Source: Candidatus Latescibacterota bacterium (lineage in GTDB: Bacteria; Latescibacterota; UBA2968; GCA-2709665). From it: a stretch of 64,000 nt of DNA. Location of the stretch: NCBI GenBank assembly GCA_965222075.1, contig OZ244937.1:2560001-2624000 (forward strand), read 5' to 3'. The notes under the pieces were generated by a model. That model saw nothing but the letters and a program-made list of their open reading frames with translations, had not been told where the DNA came from and did not search any database. Position numbers and translations under genes: made by a program. Below, one piece after another: positions 1 through 9,166 of the stretch. The stretch's first letter is position 1; every line of letters begins with the position of its first letter.

Positions 1-2
1 AC

Positions 3-569
3 TACCACAAGGCACAGGCCGAAACCGCCAAACGGCAACAGGACGGCCGGGAGGCCTTTTCAATCGATCCCGAGACCTGTATCGCGCTTCAGATGGAGGC
101 CCTCCAGTATTACCACCGGCGGATCAGTTTTCTGGAACTGGGGGAATATGGACGCGCCCAACAGGACGCTAAGCGCAACCTGAAGCTCTTCGACTTCGTC
201 AAACAGTATGCAGCCGACGAGGAAGACAGTCTGGTCATGGAACAACATCGCCCCTTTGTGATTGGACACCGCGTGCGTGCGGCGGTCCTTCAAAAACTGG
301 AAGAGGAGGACTACGACCGGGCCCTGAAAGAGATCGAAGAGGGGATCGGTGAGATTCAGGCCTTTTTCAAGGATTTCGATCGGCCCGATCTGGTGGACGA
401 GAGCGAAGAGATCGCGTTCCTGAAGGAATGGGCAGATGAGATCCGGAAAGATCGGCCCAGATCCCTGTTGCAAGACCTGAAGGAGCAGCTGAAAGAGGCC
501 ATCACCCAGGAAGACTTCGAACACGCGGCAGAACTCCGGGACCGGCTCCGTGCCCTCTCCGAGAATTAG
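3..569 (+). CDS. UvrB/UvrC (UVR) motif-containing protein, 5'-partial
   Basis: Frame is open from the window edge; C-terminal LKEQLKEAITQEDFEHAAELRDRLR is a typical UVR motif. Confidence 0.75.
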   Translation, partial: YHKAQAETAKRQQDGREAFSIDPETCIALQMEALQYYHRRISFLELGEYGRAQQDAKRNLKLFDFVKQYAADEEDSLVMEQHRPFVIGHRVRAAVLQKLEEEDYDRALKEIEEGIGEIQAFFKDFDRPDLVDESEEIAFLKEWADEIRKDRPRSLLQDLKEQLKEAITQEDFEHAAELRDRLRALSEN

Positions 570-583
570 GGAGGCCATATCGT

Positions 584-1888
584 TTGATAAGGGTTGAAAC
601 CACAATCGAACAAGAACCCGAACGCGCACTGCTGGTGGGTTTGATCCTTCCCGAGGTGTCCCATCTGGAGGCCCAGGACACGATGGATGAAATCGTCCTG
701 TTGGCTGACACGGCAGGCGCCCGGGTGCTGGATAGGATCGTACAGGAGCGGAAGAACATTGACCCGGCTTATTTTATCGGGCGTGGAAAGGCAGAAGAAC
801 TGGGCCTGCGGGCAAAAGAGCTGGATGCCGAAGTCGTCATCTTCGACGACGACCTCTCACCGGCCCAGATGCGAAACCTGGAAGAGCTTATCGGCGTTAA
901 AATCATCGACCGGAGCCGGTTGATTTTAGACATCTTTGCCGGACGGGCCAAAACCCGCGAGGCGCAGACCCAGGTCGAACTGGCGCAGCTCAACTATATG
1001 CTGCCCCGTCTCACCCGCCAGTGGACCCACCTCTCACGGCAGGCAGGTCACGGCGGCACAACCGGCGGCATTGGCACCCGGGGCCCTGGAGAGACCCAGC
1101 TTGAGGTGGACCGTCGGGCCCTTCGAAACCGCATCAGTACGCTCTCCCGGGCGCTGAATCAGATCGTCCGTCAGCGCGCCCTGGGCCGAAAGAGGCGTTC
1201 CAACACCTTTTGCGTTGCCATAGTCGGCTACACCAACACGGGCAAATCGACCCTTATGCATGCCCTCTCAGGCGCCGATGTCCTGGTGGAAAACCGGCTC
1301 TTCGCCACCCTCGACTCCACGACACGCACCGTCTACCTCGGATACAATCGGGAGATTCTCCTCACCGACACCGTGGGGTTCATCAGGAAACTGCCCCACC
1401 ACCTCATCGCCTCTTTCCGGAGCACCCTGGAAGAAGCGGTGGAGGCCGACCTCCTCCTCCACATCGTCGACGTCAGCCACCCTTTCTGCGGTGAACAGAT
1501 CGCGTCCGTATTCGAGACCCTGGAGGGGCTTGGAATTGTCGAGAAGCCCATGCTGATGGTCTTCAACAAGATCGACCGCCTCGACGATTCGGGCAAACAG
1601 TCCCGCCTCCAGGCCAAATATCCCCAAAGCGTCTGGATCTCGGCTCGCACCGGAGAGGGCGTAGACGACCTCAGGGAGGCCATCTACGACCGAACCGAAA
1701 GCGACCGCATCACCCTGTGCCTCCAGGTTCCTCAGGCAGACGGAAAACTCCTCTCAGAGCTGTACCGCGCCGGTGAGATCTTAAGCATACACTACAAGGG
1801 CAACGACGTCCTCCTTGAAGTCAAACTCAGCAGCCAGCACGCGCGGTGTCTCCTCCCCAACGGTCGGTATCGGCTCAAGAACGAATGA
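584..1888 (+). CDS. hflX: Ribosome-splitting GTPase HflX
   Basis: GYTNTGKST, LFATLD, DTVGF and NKID motifs; glycine-rich GIGTRGPGETQLEVDRR. Confidence 0.97.
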   Translation: MIRVETTIEQEPERALLVGLILPEVSHLEAQDTMDEIVLLADTAGARVLDRIVQERKNIDPAYFIGRGKAEELGLRAKELDAEVVIFDDDLSPAQMRNLEELIGVKIIDRSRLILDIFAGRAKTREAQTQVELAQLNYMLPRLTRQWTHLSRQAGHGGTTGGIGTRGPGETQLEVDRRALRNRISTLSRALNQIVRQRALGRKRRSNTFCVAIVGYTNTGKSTLMHALSGADVLVENRLFATLDSTTRTVYLGYNREILLTDTVGFIRKLPHHLIASFRSTLEEAVEADLLLHIVDVSHPFCGEQIASVFETLEGLGIVEKPMLMVFNKIDRLDDSGKQSRLQAKYPQSVWISARTGEGVDDLREAIYDRTESDRITLCLQVPQADGKLLSELYRAGEILSIHYKGNDVLLEVKLSSQHARCLLPNGRYRLKNE

Positions 1889-1910
1889 CACGGAAGGTCA
1901 CCAAACCTTA

Positions 1911-1941
1911 AAAAAATAGGGGCACACCTGATTGTGCCCCT
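1911..1941. terminator. Hairpin between convergent hflX and bactofilin (intrinsic terminator, REP-like)
   Basis: AGGGGCACA-N6-TGTGCCCCT preceded by an A-run (U-tract on the minus strand). Confidence 0.65.
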
Positions 1942-1983
1942 GTATGCCCCCGATTAATCGGTCGAATACCTTTGCCCCACCAC

Positions 1984-2391
1984 TTACTTCACCTCCACGG
2001 GCTCCTCGTCCCGATTCCAGGCAGGCTGGTCCATCTCCGTGGATTCGCCGGCATTGCAGACCCCCCGGAACGTCGCTCCCTCCTCCACGATCAGCACCTG
2101 TGCCGTAATATCTCCGACCAGCACCGCGCTCGACTCCAACTTGACCTGATGCGACGCCTCTAACTTCCCCTCCAGCCGTCCGGCAATAACCGCGTCCTTA
2201 ACCCGAATCGAATCGGCCTTCACCTCGCCGGAGGAGCCGACCACCAGCGCACCTGAAGAGGTCAACTGCCCTTTGAGGGTGCCGTCCACACGGATGCCTT
2301 CATGGACCTCAAAGCACCCTTCTAAGACCGTACCCTTCCCCACAACCGTATTGAGCGCATCTTTCTCTGTACCATATTTTTTGTTCGCCAT
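1984..2391 (-). CDS. Bactofilin (polymer-forming cytoskeletal protein)
   Basis: TVVGKGTVLEG..IRVDG..G.L..LVVG..G.V..GDI...L.VEEGA.F.G pattern; follows an M23 peptidase, a common pairing. Confidence 0.92.
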   Translation of the reverse strand: MANKKYGTEKDALNTVVGKGTVLEGCFEVHEGIRVDGTLKGQLTSSGALVVGSSGEVKADSIRVKDAVIAGRLEGKLEASHQVKLESSAVLVGDITAQVLIVEEGATFRGVCNAGESTEMDQPAWNRDEEPVEVK

Positions 2392-2433
2392 TTGGATTTT
2401 CCCAACCGAATTGAACTTTCTTCGTATGGGCTT

Positions 2434-3270
2434 CTAAGGCAAATACTGCCTCGGATTTCGGTGCCCACCGCCTTCTAAAACCTCGTAGTGAAGGTGAGGC
2501 CCGCTGCTGTGGCCCGAGTTCCCCACCAGGGCAATCGGCTGGCCCCTCCGGACCTCTTCCCCTTCAGAGACCAGAAGGGCTGCATTGTGGCCATAACGTG
2601 TCAAAAAAACACCCGAATGGTCGATGGCAACCATCTGCCCCAGCACCTCGCTCACGCCTGCAAAAACCACCATGCCATCTGCGGTCGCCCGAATCACCGT
2701 ACCCTCGGCCGCTGCAATATCAATCCCCAGATGCTGATTTTGCAGAACGCCGGAGCGCTCCTCGAACTCCGCCGTCACCCATCCGACCGATCTGGAGATC
2801 GGCCAGATCAATGGTATCTGGCGGGGATCCACCGGCTCTTGAGAGCGTGGTGTAGAATGCCCTACGACCGTTGTAATCTGGCCCGACATCTCCGCGCTGC
2901 CCAGCAAGGTGCGGGAAGTGGCAGGGACCGAATAAGCGGCCGGCGCCAGATTCACTTTGGACGAAAGCATATGGCGCAACTGCTGATCCATCTGCTTCAT
3001 ATACGCGACCATCTGCGCCAGTTCTTCAACCCGTTCTACTTTGGCCTGCAATCGGATGTTCTCCCGCTTATGCGCCTGCGCCACCCGCTCCCAGTCGCGG
3101 GCCTGCCAGTAAAACCTCCCCCCCATAACCACCAGTACCAGGAGCACCCCAAGGCCCCCGGCTACTGCCCACAGCAGCCAGTAACTGACCTTGAACTCCA
3201 GCGTGTGGGCTCCGTCGTCCGGGACCACCAGCACCGACAGTTGTCTGCGACGCCGTTTGGACAATCTCAT
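2434..3270 (-). CDS. M23 family metallopeptidase (TM, coiled coil, M23)
   Basis: HLGID, YGH and SSGPHLHYEV motifs; start moved to ATG 3270 because a promoter lies at 3321-3349. Confidence 0.93.
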   Translation of the reverse strand: MRLSKRRRRQLSVLVVPDDGAHTLEFKVSYWLLWAVAGGLGVLLVLVVMGGRFYWQARDWERVAQAHKRENIRLQAKVERVEELAQMVAYMKQMDQQLRHMLSSKVNLAPAAYSVPATSRTLLGSAEMSGQITTVVGHSTPRSQEPVDPRQIPLIWPISRSVGWVTAEFEERSGVLQNQHLGIDIAAAEGTVIRATADGMVVFAGVSEVLGQMVAIDHSGVFLTRYGHNAALLVSEGEEVRRGQPIALVGNSGHSSGPHLHYEVLEGGGHRNPRQYLP

Positions 3271-3320
3271 AGACCTTCCGGTCAATACAGGTCGGGGGCA
3301 AAAGGGCAAACAGGTCGGGT

Positions 3321-3349
3321 AATATAAAGCGTACACCTGCAAAAGTCAA
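3321..3349 (-). promoter_or_regulatory. sigma70-type promoter for M23-bactofilin
   Basis: TTGACT-N17-TATATT. Confidence 0.65.
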
Positions 3350-3378
3350 TATCCCGATAGTCTTGTTCCCTTATCTCT

Positions 3379-3873
3379 TCACCGTGTGTTCTTAAACATC
3401 CGGTCCGCTAAGATGTGGAGCAGGTCGGGCAAACAGAGGCCGCAAAGCGCCCAGCCCACTCCGGTCCAATCCACATGCCGCAGGTTCCGAATCGACATCT
3501 TCCAGCCCAGATCAAAACAAACGTTTGCCACGGACGACAGAATATACACCATCGCCAGAAGATAAAGCACCCGGGTCAGGGTGCCAACAATCGGCATATG
3601 CGAAATCCCGCGGTGCTTGAACATCTGCGCATACGGCCGCCAGACTAAGCGGAGCAACCCCCAGTTGTGCATCGGATCGCTCCTGGCCAGATCCATATCG
3701 GGAGAAAGGAGGAACGTCCCGAAGAGATAGGCCAGCACAAAAACCGCACTGTACTCCACCAGTTCATCCCAGCCGAAATACCGCGCCAGCGGCTCCCGGA
3801 AATAGAAGGCCAGGCCGAACAGTACGGCCAGCATAAAAAGATCGATCCGTGTATGGGTCTGTCCAGAGGGCAT
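3379..3873 (-). CDS. DUF2227-like putative metal-binding membrane protein
   Basis: MPSGQTH, LSPDMD, HRGISH..GT..R and H..AD motifs. Confidence 0.85.
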   Translation of the reverse strand: MPSGQTHTRIDLFMLAVLFGLAFYFREPLARYFGWDELVEYSAVFVLAYLFGTFLLSPDMDLARSDPMHNWGLLRLVWRPYAQMFKHRGISHMPIVGTLTRVLYLLAMVYILSSVANVCFDLGWKMSIRNLRHVDWTGVGWALCGLCLPDLLHILADRMFKNTR

Positions 3874-3877
3874 TGTA

Positions 3878-3955
3878 TTGATTGCGGAATGCGGATTTGG
3901 GATTGCGGATTTAAAGTCTTTTATTGTTCGCGGTGGTGATCCGAAATCCGAAATT
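3878..3955. repeat. Inverted pair of degenerate 7-bp tandem repeats
   Basis: GCGGAAT-GCGGATT-TGGGATT-GCGGATT facing ATCCGAA-ATCCGAA. Confidence 0.7.
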
Positions 3956-4971
3956 TAAAAGGATGACTCAAAGTGGCGCACCGCCGCCCGGCCATCCCCG
4001 GCTGCCCGTACGCCGGTCAAAATCTCAACCCCCCGCCCGGGTTCTCCCAGCAGCAGCAGGCCCGTCAGGCCCCCCCCCACAGGTCCGTATCCCCGAAAGC
4101 GCAGACCGTCTCCCTCCAGACCGTAAACCCTCACGGCCCCGTCCATCGCCCCCACGCCCACCAGCCCGGGGGCGCCTGAAAGCGTCGACAGGTTCAGGGC
4201 ACGGGTCCTCCCCCCGGTAACCGGCCCGCGCCAGATCTCGGCGTAGCGCCCCCCGGCGGCTCGATAAACCCTCGCCTCTCCCCCTTCGTCGCCGGTCCCA
4301 ACCTCCAGCACCAGTTCGGGCGTCCCTGCGCCGTCCAGATCGCCCAGGGCCAGATCGCCCACATGCATCCGCACCTCCAGCGTCTGCCAGCGCCGCAGCA
4401 TCCCCTTCCCCCACCGGTAGAAAACCACCGCAGTTTCCTCCAGTTCGGCATCCCCTGCAATGTCATAAAGTGTCACCGCCACCTCGGCCCGTCCGTCGCC
4501 ATCTGCATCTGCGACTTCAACCCGGTCCGTCCACTCAGAGGCCAGCCGTTCTACATGCCACACGCTCAACCCGCCATTCTGCCAGCCCAGAACCACCAGC
4601 CGGCCCCCGCCAACCGCCACCAACTCCGCACTTCCGTCCCCATCTAAGTCCCCTGCCGCCACATCCTCTACCACGTGCAACTCCGGCCCAACTGCCAGGA
4701 GCTGCAAGAGCCGTCCTGCTCGCCGGTACACCTCCACCCGGGCGCGCTTTGAAACGGTGGGATCGGTCACCGCCCGAAAGGGCCCCACTCGCCCCCCCAC
4801 AATCACTTCAGCCCGCCCGTCGCCATCCACATCGCCCGATGCAAACCGCGGCCGGGAGATCCCTTCGGAGAAACCCACCTGTGCGGAAGCAGGGAAATGA
4901 AAAATGAAAAATGAAAAATGAAAAATGAAAATTCCAATCGTCATTCCGCGTTCTATATTCATCGTCCGCAT
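3955..4971 (-). CDS. Secreted FG-GAP/VCBS repeat beta-propeller protein
   Basis: Four GD[VL]DGDG.AE-type repeats; signal peptide ending ASA-Q. Confidence 0.85.
   Translation of the reverse strand: MRTMNIERGMTIGIFIFHFSFFIFHFPASAQVGFSEGISRPRFASGDVDGDGRAEVIVGGRVGPFRAVTDPTVSKRARVEVYRRAGRLLQLLAVGPELHVVEDVAAGDLDGDGSAELVAVGGGRLVVLGWQNGGLSVWHVERLASEWTDRVEVADADGDGRAEVAVTLYDIAGDAELEETAVVFYRWGKGMLRRWQTLEVRMHVGDLALGDLDGAGTPELVLEVGTGDEGGEARVYRAAGGRYAEIWRGPVTGGRTRALNLSTLSGAPGLVGVGAMDGAVRVYGLEGDGLRFRGYGPVGGGLTGLLLLGEPGRGVEILTGVRAAGDGRAAVRHFESSF
4895..4931 (+). repeat. Heptamer tandem repeat (TGAAAAA) x~5 inside the signal-peptide coding region
   Basis: TG recurs at 4898, 4905, 4912, 4919 and 4926. Confidence 0.9.
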
Positions 4972-4991
4972 ATCGCCCTTATCCCTGGTTT

Positions 4992-5699
4992 TTAAAATCC
5001 CCGATCATCAATATGCACCCACGACACCCGCGGCTGCCCATCGACCGACACCGAGGTCTCCGCCAGGGGAAGCACGAAATCGACCCCCACATCCCGGGCC
5101 TCGTTGAAGACCTCCTGCGCCCGCACGTTCGCGTCCGCACGGGCCTGGTCCACATCGATATCCACGGCATCCCCATAGATATGCCGGCTGTACGTCGCTC
5201 CCCCGACCGCCCGATTGTGTTCGGGGGAGCGGAACGCGCTGTTTAGCGTCAAAGGACGGCCCAGCCCGGACCGAATCTGCTGCACGTGGTCCGCAATCTG
5301 GGGGTCCACATAGGCCCGGGTCGCCCCCCTCTGACGCGCCGAAGCCACATACTCCCGGAGCCGAAAGTTGGCCGTAACCTGCTGGGAGAGCGACGCCCGG
5401 GGCAGATCGATAAAGTACGCCACACGGGCGTAGTGCCTTCCTCGGGCGCTGCCAAAGGGATTCCCATCAGGCGCAGGGTAGGTGGCCGTCAGCCCCCGGT
5501 CCCGAACCAGGATCAACCGCAGTCCGCTGCGAAAGACCACCCGCTCCGAATAGGGCGGGTCCGAAGATGTGGAAGCGCCCGGTTCTCCTGTGGTAACCTC
5601 CACAGAAACCGCCGTCTCCCGCCCGCACCCCACGGCCAGCCCCAGGGCCACCGCCAGCCACCCAATCCGAAATCCGCCATTCCCATGCATCATACACAT
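4992..5699 (-). CDS. Peptidase M15A-family lipoprotein
   Basis: Lipobox LAVGC; SAFRSPEHNRAVGGA..SRH..G.AVDI and WVHID zinc motifs. Confidence 0.88.
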   Translation of the reverse strand: MCMMHGNGGFRIGWLAVALGLAVGCGRETAVSVEVTTGEPGASTSSDPPYSERVVFRSGLRLILVRDRGLTATYPAPDGNPFGSARGRHYARVAYFIDLPRASLSQQVTANFRLREYVASARQRGATRAYVDPQIADHVQQIRSGLGRPLTLNSAFRSPEHNRAVGGATYSRHIYGDAVDIDVDQARADANVRAQEVFNEARDVGVDFVLPLAETSVSVDGQPRVSWVHIDDRGF

Positions 5700-5708
5700 C
5701 CTTGGAAC

Positions 5709-6560
5709 TCACCTCTGCTCTTGCACGCTCTCCAGGGCCCGCCTCGCCTTATACCGCACCCCCTCATCCGGATCCTCCAGCATCCGCTCTAAAAGCGCCG
5801 CCGTGTCTTTTCCCCCCAACCTCCCAAGCGCCGACACTGCGGCCCCCCTGACCCTCGGATTGGAATGGGAAAGCCGGGCCTTACAGGCCGCCGCTGCACG
5901 GTCATCTCCGGTCCGACCCAGCCCCACCAGCACCGCCGCTACCACCACATCCGACGTATCCTCCAGCGCCCCAACCAACGCCGGAACGGCCCGGACATCG
6001 CCCACCTCTCCCAGCGCATGCGCCGCAGCCATGCGCACCCAGGTGTTGGAATCGTTCAGACGAGCTGCCATCTCCACCACCCCCTCCCGGGCCTTCAGCT
6101 TTCCCAGCGCATCCAGGGCCTGAACGACCGTCTGCCAATCCCGGCTCTTTGACACAAGCCGGATGAGGGGCACCACGGCATCTTTGCCCTGCCGCAGGAG
6201 GATAACCTCAAAATCGAGCTTCTCCTCTCCCCCGGCCGCCTCCAGCAATCCGGCGGCCAAGCGGGCGGCCCGAACCCGGTCGTCTGCGGCCAGACTGTCT
6301 AACAGCGCACGCACCAGCGCCCGGTCTGAGGACCGGTACCGGGAGACCAAAAATGCCGCGCCATCCTCCTGCTGCAGGAGTTCTCCTCCCGCTGCCAGGC
6401 GCTCCTGTCTGGAGAGGGAGGCATCGGCGAACCGGCGCTTCAGGACCTCTCCCATCTTTCCGTCCGCCTCCACCCGACCCGGCGGCCGCTCGGGCCTCTC
6501 CTCACCCCCACACCCCGGCATCAAACAGAACACGACCATCCACAAAAACGCCCGCCTCAT
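5709..6560 (-). CDS. HEAT-repeat lipoprotein
   Basis: Repeated VR.AA..ALG..GD.RA units; lipobox-like MPGC; ATG overlaps the stop of the upstream small ORF (ATGA). Confidence 0.85.
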   Translation of the reverse strand: MRRAFLWMVVFCLMPGCGGEERPERPPGRVEADGKMGEVLKRRFADASLSRQERLAAGGELLQQEDGAAFLVSRYRSSDRALVRALLDSLAADDRVRAARLAAGLLEAAGGEEKLDFEVILLRQGKDAVVPLIRLVSKSRDWQTVVQALDALGKLKAREGVVEMAARLNDSNTWVRMAAAHALGEVGDVRAVPALVGALEDTSDVVVAAVLVGLGRTGDDRAAAACKARLSHSNPRVRGAAVSALGRLGGKDTAALLERMLEDPDEGVRYKARRALESVQEQR

Positions 6561-6727
6561 CGTCCCCCCAGGCGCTTCTGAATCAACCACCCCACCAGAA
6601 AAACCGCGCCCCCAAGGGCGGTAAACCACAGTTCCCGTCGAATGTCGCTCTCAAAAAGCCCAATAAAGAGCCCGTACCCCACTTCCAGAAGCCCTACAAG
6701 CTGTAAGGCCCGCGCCAGAACTCTCAT
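6557..6727 (-). CDS. Small 56-aa two-TM membrane protein (absent from the ORF track)
   Basis: GAGGGG RBS; MRVLARALQLVGLLEVGYGLFIGLFESDIRRELWFTALGGAVFLVGWLIQKRLGGR; ATGA coupling to the HEAT gene. Confidence 0.8.
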   Translation of the reverse strand: MRVLARALQLVGLLEVGYGLFIGLFESDIRRELWFTALGGAVFLVGWLIQKRLGGR

Positions 6728-6806
6728 CGTTTCCCCTCAAAAAACCCCCTTACGCGCAAGGCATTCTGCCTGTCCATTCCCTGGATGTTAACCGGCCTAT
6801 CGAAAA

Positions 6807-6839
6807 ATTATAAGACATAACTGCTCATTTGTCAATGAG
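6807..6839 (-). promoter_or_regulatory. Consensus sigma70 promoter with a palindromic operator over the -35
   Basis: TTGACA-N17-TATAAT; CTCATT-N4-AATGAG at 6824-6839. Confidence 0.8.
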
Positions 6840-6931
6840 TTCCCGTGTCCCGGCGGGATTGTTCAGGAGGCAAGCGACCATGCCCGGAATCCACGATAGA
6901 CCGCCTCTTGGAGCCATTCGGCATCTGACAC

Positions 6932-6965
6932 AAAAAACCGGCCGGTATCTTTTTCATACCGGCCG
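6932..6965 (-). terminator. Intrinsic terminator of the efflux operon
   Basis: CGGCCGGTAT/ATACCGGCCG stem followed by T6 on the minus strand. Confidence 0.8.
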
Positions 6966-7031
6966 TTCTGTTTTTCACCTTCCCCGGGGAGGAGCGGCGG
7001 GGACCAACGCCAGGCCTCCAGCCTCTGCCTC

Positions 7032-7490
7032 TCAAAATCCCTTCTTCAACCTCACCCGCACCCCCCGTCCCAGCGGGTCTCCCGCCACATCTAAGGCCAC
7101 CCCTTTCACCTTCACCAGCCCTTCGTCCATCTTCGGGGGAGGCAGGTCCTCTTTATCGTCCGACAGCATCAGATGGATCGAATAGCCGAGGGTACCCAAC
7201 CCCAGTCCCAGCATCACCACACTCCGGGTATCTTTCCGCTTGCTCTCGTCGTACAGCTCCTGTGCCTGCTGCGCAACCCCGGCCGCCTTGTACCGGTCGT
7301 AAAGGTCTCCGGCATCCTTCCGAGCGTTGTAAGCCTCCTTTAAAAACAGGGTACCGGCTCCGATGCCCAGAACCCCATAGAGCTTTTTGGAAAAAAGAAT
7401 ATCACCCTTCTTTGCACAGGCAGGCGCCGTTGCCGAAAGGACCAGCGCTGCTGCAACCAGTATGGCAGAGACTCGAAAGCACCCCTTCAT
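7032..7490 (-). CDS. Hypothetical exported/membrane protein
   Basis: GGAGG RBS before ATG 7490; signal peptide, two hydrophobic segments, C-terminal Phe. Confidence 0.7.
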   Translation of the reverse strand: MKGCFRVSAILVAAALVLSATAPACAKKGDILFSKKLYGVLGIGAGTLFLKEAYNARKDAGDLYDRYKAAGVAQQAQELYDESKRKDTRSVVMLGLGLGTLGYSIHLMLSDDKEDLPPPKMDEGLVKVKGVALDVAGDPLGRGVRVRLKKGF

Positions 7491-7573
7491 GGAATCCTCC
7501 GTATGATATGAAGATTGGGGTTGACGCCAATTTCCCTGTTCCCCGATCTCTGTCTCAAGTCCAACAGTCCAAC

Positions 7574-8950
7574 TCACTCCCCTTCCGGTCCCACAACCCG
7601 TCCGCCCATCGCCTGCTCCAGTCGGGCAAATTCAATCTGGTAGTTGTAGATAGACTGCACCAGATTGTTACGTTCCTGAAACAGGTCCCTCTGGGCCTGA
7701 AGCCGCTCCAAAAACGTCCCGGCGCCGAAATTGTAGCGTTCCTCCGCCAGCTTGAAGTTCTCCTCCTGGGCGCGCACCGAGGCCTTATTGGCTTCAAGGA
7801 GCCGGCGGAGCCGCCCCAGGCTCAGATAAGCCTGCTTGACCCGCAATGCCTGTTGCCGCTTGGTCTGGTCGAGCTGTTCCTGGCTCCGCAGGTACCTCAG
7901 CTGCTGCTGCTTGATGTTATTTTCAGTTCCCATGTTAAAGATAGGCAAACTGACATTCACACTGAAAGAGTAGCTGTAGTTCTTCAAAAACAGGTCTTCC
8001 AGCCCCCTGAAAGACTCACCTCTGCCCAGACTCCAGCCGTAACCGCCACTTACCCCCACCCTCGGATGGTACCGGCTGCGCTGGAGCCCCTTCAGACTCT
8101 CTCGGGACTGAAGCATTGTATATTTCGTCGACAAAAGGCCGGGATGTCCCTTCAGCGCCCGGTCCAGCGCCTCTTCGTAAGTCAGCGGCGGGACTTTAAC
8201 TTCAAACTCCTCTTCGGTGGGCACAATACGCACATCCGTTCCCAGACCCAGCGAGAAGCTTAAATTGGTGCGGGCGATCTCCACGGCGTTTTCCCGCTCA
8301 ATCAGCCCGGCCTGGAGACTCGCCAGGTTGGCCTGGGCGCTGTATACATTCGAAATAGGTGCCGAGCCGATCTCGTAAAGCGTCTCGTTCCGGCGCAGGT
8401 TCTCCTTGGCAACCCGGATCTGCTCCTGCTGGACCTCTAACAATTTGATCGCCTGGAGGAGGTTGAAATAGTCCTGCTTCACATTGAAGACCACCTGCTG
8501 ACGGTTGGCAGTCTGGCCCATCTTCACAGACTTCAACGCCTGTTTGCTCGCCGAGAGGTTTGCATTGAGCTGTGCATCGTAAACGGGAATGCTAAGACTG
8601 CCAAAACCTAAACCCTGTGATCCACCAACCCGGCTCTCTGTCAGGGTTGTAATCACCTGACCGGTGCCTTCCTCGATAAACGACCCTTCCCGGGGGCCGG
8701 TGATACTGCGGGACATGGACCAGCTGAAACTGGAACTCGGCAAAAAAGCGTTCCGGCTGTTGTCCACACCCGCTTCTGCAAGCGCCACATTGTACCGGTC
8801 CTGGACAACCAGGGTATTGTTCTTCAGACCAATGTCGATGCATTCGGAGAGGCTTAACCGCAACTCCTTTTCCTGGGCCAGGACAGCCCTGGACGGAAAA
8901 AGGGCCGCAATGACAAAGCAGAGCAACATGGACCGTAGATATCGTCCCAT
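7574..8950 (-). CDS. TolC-family outer membrane efflux protein
   Basis: Signal peptide; two OEP repeats (LSLSECI..GL.NN, V...YF.L, A.ERY..G). Confidence 0.93.
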   Translation of the reverse strand: MGRYLRSMLLCFVIAALFPSRAVLAQEKELRLSLSECIDIGLKNNTLVVQDRYNVALAEAGVDNSRNAFLPSSSFSWSMSRSITGPREGSFIEEGTGQVITTLTESRVGGSQGLGFGSLSIPVYDAQLNANLSASKQALKSVKMGQTANRQQVVFNVKQDYFNLLQAIKLLEVQQEQIRVAKENLRRNETLYEIGSAPISNVYSAQANLASLQAGLIERENAVEIARTNLSFSLGLGTDVRIVPTEEEFEVKVPPLTYEEALDRALKGHPGLLSTKYTMLQSRESLKGLQRSRYHPRVGVSGGYGWSLGRGESFRGLEDLFLKNYSYSFSVNVSLPIFNMGTENNIKQQQLRYLRSQEQLDQTKRQQALRVKQAYLSLGRLRRLLEANKASVRAQEENFKLAEERYNFGAGTFLERLQAQRDLFQERNNLVQSIYNYQIEFARLEQAMGGRVVGPEGE

Positions 8951-9003
8951 ACAATCGTTTCCTTGTTAAACAGGAGGGGTTAACTGTGTCAGGTCACCGT
9001 TAA

Positions 9004-9032
9004 ATTAGACGTCAAAAACCCAAAAAAGTTAC
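9004..9032 (-). promoter_or_regulatory. Putative ECF-sigma promoter upstream of the tolC-like gene
   Basis: GTAAC-N16-CGTCTAA with an AT-rich upstream tract. Confidence 0.55.
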
Positions 9033-9166
9033 CGAACTCTTACCAACACAGGAGCAAAACCATAACAAAAAAAACAGAATCAGAGCAAAAAAGAAAGCGA
9101 AAAATGATAATTTTTTTAAAATTCGGCCCTTGAATCCTTGCCAGAACCAGGCCATCACCGCCTCGT

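Noticed and set aside
3878-4931. CRISPR array
   Set aside because: Repeats are 7-bp tandem units without spacers; no cas genes in the window
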